A stretch of DNA of 53,156 nt from positions 1 to 53,156 of the forward strand of contig JAUCBJ010006577.1 in the NCBI GenBank assembly GCA_032718475.1, in the 5' to 3' direction. Position 1 is the first letter of the stretch. Every line of letters starts with the position of its first letter. The notes beneath the pieces were generated by a model, which was not told the DNA's origin, did not search any database, and worked only from the letters and a program-made list of their open reading frames with translations. The DNA comes from Nemertoderma westbladi (Eukaryota > Animalia > Xenacoelomorpha). The position numbers and the translations under genes are program-made. This document shows, piece by piece, positions 48,476 through 53,156 of this stretch.

Positions 48476-49639
48476 TGTTACCGGAAGCTGGGAAGGCCTA
48501 CGTACGGTAGGGATTTATAACTAAAATAGTGCAAGCTACCAGCTTATTGGCTGATGTGCTGTACGGAGATATCTGGGCTCAGTTTAATCGGCCAACTAGC
48601 TTAGAGAGGTTGCCTTAGCCTTGCTGTTCGTGTCAGCCAATAGAATTTGCGTAGGCGTTGATTTCGACCTATCCCAGCGCTACTGAACTGAATTTCCTAT
48701 CTCACTGCTCATCCTCTGTGTTGAACGGGGCTTCGTGGAATAAGAGTTTTTGGTATACTCGTATAGTAGTAGTAGTCATATGATTTTATATGATTCTGTT
48801 GTTGTGTTCCCATTTTCGCCATAACACCGGCTTTTTGGGAAGAACTCTAGTAAAACTGCTTAAATTATCGAAAGTATAAACTGTTACTAATTAATCAATC
48901 GAATCGAAAGAACTCACTAACTCACTTAATTTAACTGCATTAATCATATTGTTTGTACTGTTATTTACCGTCAGTTATTAATTGTACCTATTTGTTGATG
49001 GAAATATTGCTCTTTGGATAATACGGATAAATCACCCAAATTTCCCAATTTTCTTGATACACTACAGGTTAGAGAGACCGGCTATACATAACAATTGCGA
49101 TTTATATTAATGTGGTGTGTATTGAATCTAATGTTATTTAGCAGACACTACATGAGTCAATTACTGCTCTCTTTATGTGTGATCAAATATACTGACGGTC
49201 GGCAGAATAGTGTGTATGATTGTGATTGGTAACAAAGTATTTCCTAAAGAATACGCTTTATACTTTAATCATAAGCGGTATCGTTGCGTTTTGGTATAAG
49301 TCTTAGTTCTGTTTAAATAGATAGAGCGCCACGCCCTAAAGGAACTGTTAATATTTCCCGAAAACCAATAATATCTGTCAGAGATTAATTATTAACGATC
49401 TATCGAATAATACAGTAAGTTTACACTGCAACCTTACACTGCAATAATAAAATTTAAGCATCCGAATTCAGCCTCCCGGGTGTAGATCCATCGGGTGAAT
49501 GATCGCGCATGGGCTGACTTCGGCTAATGTTTTGTGTATTAGCATAAATTGTTGTCGTATGCTAAAGGTGTTTTAATTAACTAAAAGACATATAAATTTT
49601 GGCAGGTTAAACTGCTAAAGGTCTTCAAAAGCGCGAACA
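48476..49639 (+). repeat. 5' LTR of element 4
   Basis: Homologous to the element 3 LTRs and ends GCGCGAACA. Start inferred from TGTT at 48476. Confidence 0.7.
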
Positions 49640-49654
49640 GTAACAGTTTATACT
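49640..49654 (+). promoter_or_regulatory. Candidate self-complementary primer-binding site of element 4
   Basis: GTAACAGTTTATACT is the exact complement of LTR positions 48873-48887. Confidence 0.65.
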
Positions 49655-51819
49655 CTTATTGCAGTAGGCAATAAGGTTGCAAAATACCGTAGTGACTGGT
49701 AAAACTGAACCGGTACTTCTGTAGGTCAGTAGGCCTAACTGTCATCACCGGTACCGGTACTGCTGTACAAGTACATTTAGTATTATTCGATTTTGATTAT
49801 TGTATACTGGTAGGTCTTAGTACTTAATCAGGGACTGCAGCCCTGAATTTTTATTGAGATTTTACCTATTTCTGTCGGTTTTATTTCCTAGTAGGCTAAT
49901 ATTGAGCAGAAGGCGTGTGACCCTGCTCAGATTGTTCAGATAATTGTAGGCTGAGCTGCTGTCTGACTGTTGTTGAGTTTGGAGAGATTACGGCGTGTGT
50001 AGAGTTTGTCTGATAAAGTGCCGTTAGTAAGTTGGGGCAGCCATATGCGGTAAGGTCAATCCCCTCTTAAAGAATAAGTCGTACTACCGTGTTAGAACGC
50101 ATACTAACTAACAGTTTCAGAGTCTGCATATACTGTAGTTTATTTAGGCTTGATCGTAGTCTGCCAGTGTTTTAGCCTGTGTTTGTTTGTGTGGTCTGTT
50201 CAGGTACCGTAATAGTTATTACTCAAATATTTGTAGGCTGGATTGTTGTCTAGCTATTTTTAGGTCTGAAGGGATTGCTGCGTGTGTAGAGTTGGTCTGA
50301 TAAAGTGCCGTTAGTAAGTTGGGGCAGCCATAAGCTGTAAGGTCAATCCCCTCTTAAAGAGTAAGTCGTACTACCGTATTAGAACGCATACTAACTAACA
50401 GTTTCAGAATCTGCACATACTGTAGTTTGTTTAGGCTTGATAGTAGTTTGCCAGCGTTTGGTTTGTATTTGTTTGAGTATTCTGTACGGGTAGCGTAATA
50501 TTTATTATTCAGAGTTTATGCGATTATTCGCAACATTCATGTCCCCAAGTTTATTCCTACAGTAATTGTGCTTGTTATACATACCGTTATAGTTAAACTA
50601 ACCCCGGTACTACATCAGGGCTGCTCGGCGTAGGTAAAGACTGGAGATTTTGTGCTTCGGTCACTCCAGCAGATGCCGTGGTTCTTTTAACTGTTCAAGT
50701 ATATTTAACTACTGATTATTTGTTATACCGGTACTTGTACCTAATTTAGGGTTTAGTGTACAGTGCTTTCCGAAGTAATTAGTGTAGGCAGTATATTTGT
50801 GTTGTAAAGTGGTTGATAGGCACATTCGTTAGCTCTATTAGCTTCTGGGTAGGAACAATCCGTGATACATAACGTAGTACCTATAGCGATACGGTTATAG
50901 GTCGTCAGGCGGTGGTATTTTCCTATCTGGACAGTACAATATATTTACTACTTATTATTTCAAATACCGTAGTACCCTGTCCGTTGTAATAACCAGAATT
51001 CTAACCCTTTGTTAGGCTGGTTTGTAGACTTCCTGTAAAATTACCCTAAAAATTTCGTACGTAATATTTTGTTGTGTTTAATTAGAGAATTAATCTCATC
51101 AGTATCGTAAGTAATTTGTAGTATTAAGTAACTTAGGTAAATTAGAATTATCAGTTTTAGTGTCAAATAAATAGCACTTCACTGAGAGGCGTTCAGCTTC
51201 TGTGTAGTGACTCCCCCAGAAATAATAACATTTATTTCAAATATTGACAAAAACCCATATAAACGGGTATATAAATATTATAAATCAAATCAAACGATTT
51301 ATAAATAGTAGGCTTGTCATACAACAACTAGGTCTCACTACCAGTTGGACTACTACTTAAACAACGGTAATAAAGTAAGTTAAAGTAGCTAAGTAACCTT
51401 AAAATATTCAGGAATTCAATTATTCTAAAAATAATTGACATACCGGTACTCACTATAGGCTTATTATATTTATCTCTATAAATTTGAGCTGAAATCATAC
51501 CGGTACTCTGTAATTAATTCTAGTTCATAATTATACTTATATACTATAAGTGTAAGCTGTATACCGGTATTCACTATAGGCCTACTATATATATGTATAT
51601 ATTTGTGCTAAATTATATACCGGTACTCTGTGACAAATCTAGTCTGTAATAATACTTATATATATTATAAGCATACCGGTATTCTAATATATTGTATATA
51701 TATCACGTTACACTGAGTAACGGTACCGGTAATAAATCGCTAGGCTTGCGGTCATACTGAATTACTAGACTTGCTTTAACTGAAAATATAGTAGTAGACA
51801 TTCAACTGTATAACTAAAC

Positions 51820-53156
51820 ATGTCTGACACTCAGCAAAACCTGTCAGACAGTCTGATCGATACAACTATTTGTGATTCAGATAGGAGTGTGGAGCGAATA
51901 AGAAAGGAGTTCGGCTCACCTCCTACTGTAAAAAAGGTCATCCCTCCAGTAGTATCAGACCCTAGGCTAGTCCACCATAGGTCCATCATAGGCACTCGGG
52001 CACAGGTAAAACGGGACCAAGAGGCAGTTGTCCTATCGCAGCAACATCTTGGTCAAGAACCTACTTCCCAGCGACCCGATAGCTCCAGCAGTTCGGATAC
52101 TGTAGAGTTGACTCCCGAACATGGAGTGCAGATGGCTGATACAGTCTACTCGGACCCCCTTCTTACTCTTCCTGCTGCAGTGCTAACTACTATATTCATT
52201 GCGGTGGAGGAACATCAAGCCGACTGGGCGAAGAATAAGCGAGCGACCCAAGATAATTACGCGGGATACGCCAGGGAAGAATTGATATCTATTGTTGAAT
52301 CACAATGGAACTTTCCCGGACTCGGACTTCCATTGGATCTGTCCGAGGCTACTTGGGAAGATATACACAGGATGGGAGTGGCTAAAGATACAATGGATCC
52401 AGCTGTTTGGAAGAGGTCGGCAGCAGGATATGTGCAGGGATTCTTCGGATCCTTGGATCGATTGGAAGAACAACTGTTTCGACAACCTCACGGACCTCAA
52501 GAGCAGGAAGAGCTGCTATACCAAGTACGCGAAAGGACCCTACGCATTCGACTAATCCTCTCAGCCTTTGAGGAAACTTCCAAAAGAAGACAGGACACGT
52601 CGCTGCAGGTTGCTGTCAAAACTTGGCTACATCGGGTAGATCTCAAAGTACAGGAAACGGCCCAGTGGAAATCCCAGCTGGCTGAGAGATCAACCTATGA
52701 AGAACCAACTGATGTCACCCTTTCTCAAGCGAAAAGCGAAGAGGCCGCCGAGGAACCGCGAACTAGAGACGCTATCGACATTTATTTGTCCGACTATCAG
52801 CGATTCCTAGGAGACGAAGAGTTGAGGAGACGGCTGTCTGGACTTTCCCCTAATAGTGAAGGAACCAAGCTTGTATTGGACTCAATCGATGCCGAAATGT
52901 TAGCTGCAAACCAAGCTGAATGTGATAAAAAACTCCGTCTCACTAGAGTCCGAGAAGAACAAATAAAGAAAAGAAGGATAGAGGAACAAAAGGCGGCGGC
53001 TATGGCAGATGCAGAAGCAGAAAGAAAAGCAGCAAAGGCGGCGGCTATAGCAGATGCAGAAGCAGAAAGAAAAGCAGCAAAGGCGGTGGCTATGGCAGAT
53101 GCAGAAGCAGAAAGAAAGGCAGCAAAGGCAGTGGCAGAAGCAGAAAGGAGAGCATC
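51820..53156 (+). CDS. gag: Element 4 Gag N-terminus (partial, apparently open to the window end)
   Basis: MSDTQQNLSDSLIDTTICDSDR... is homologous to MSDTKQNLSDSLLDVTICDSDR of ORF 24230-29266. Ends in 45-bp KAAAMADAEAERKAA-type repeats. Confidence 0.88.
   Translation, partial: MSDTQQNLSDSLIDTTICDSDRSVERIRKEFGSPPTVKKVIPPVVSDPRLVHHRSIIGTRAQVKRDQEAVVLSQQHLGQEPTSQRPDSSSSSDTVELTPEHGVQMADTVYSDPLLTLPAAVLTTIFIAVEEHQADWAKNKRATQDNYAGYAREELISIVESQWNFPGLGLPLDLSEATWEDIHRMGVAKDTMDPAVWKRSAAGYVQGFFGSLDRLEEQLFRQPHGPQEQEELLYQVRERTLRIRLILSAFEETSKRRQDTSLQVAVKTWLHRVDLKVQETAQWKSQLAERSTYEEPTDVTLSQAKSEEAAEEPRTRDAIDIYLSDYQRFLGDEELRRRLSGLSPNSEGTKLVLDSIDAEMLAANQAECDKKLRLTRVREEQIKKRRIEEQKAAAMADAEAERKAAKAAAIADAEAERKAAKAVAMADAEAERKAAKAVAEAERRA

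Larger units (their letters stand above)
48476..53156 (+). mobile_element. BEL/Pao element 4 (relative of element 3), running off the window end
   Basis: LTR, 2.2-kb leader and gag are collinear with the reverse complement of ~27870-32300. The left boundary is tentative; clear LTR homology starts at ~48609. Confidence 0.88.

Overview
Eukaryotic (invertebrate-looking metazoan) genomic window. It holds one host gene, an intron-poor ARFGEF1/2 (BIG1/BIG2/Sec71) Sec7-domain Arf-GEF on the minus strand (3 exons, 48204-38786, about 1699 aa), embedded in four BEL/Pao retrotransposon copies. Element 1 (minus, ~2387-9947) is degraded and 5'-truncated. Element 2 (plus, gag-pol 11656-18486) has only three in-frame stops and is flanked by modular structured-RNA arrays. 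Element 3 (minus, 19726-32710) has ~1.2-kb LTRs, a Gag-protease ORF lacking RT and integrase, and an extra orphan ORF. Element 4 (plus, from ~48476 to the window end) is a relative of element 3. There are also three non-autonomous TIR elements, a LINE fragment, and minisatellites built from the gene's own splice donor. Best candidate for a new system: elements 3 and 4 have no tRNA-type PBS. Instead, the bases right after the 5' LTR are perfectly complementary (12 nt and 16 nt) to a homologous site inside their own LTR, with compensatory changes between the two copies. This suggests Tf1-like self-primed reverse transcription in a BEL/Pao lineage. Second best: element 2 carries an array of K-turn/UUCG hairpins, a recurrent 11-nt-loop hairpin that also appears inside its coding sequence, and covarying 3'-UTR modules. 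All structures and alignments were read by eye; no folding software or database search was run.
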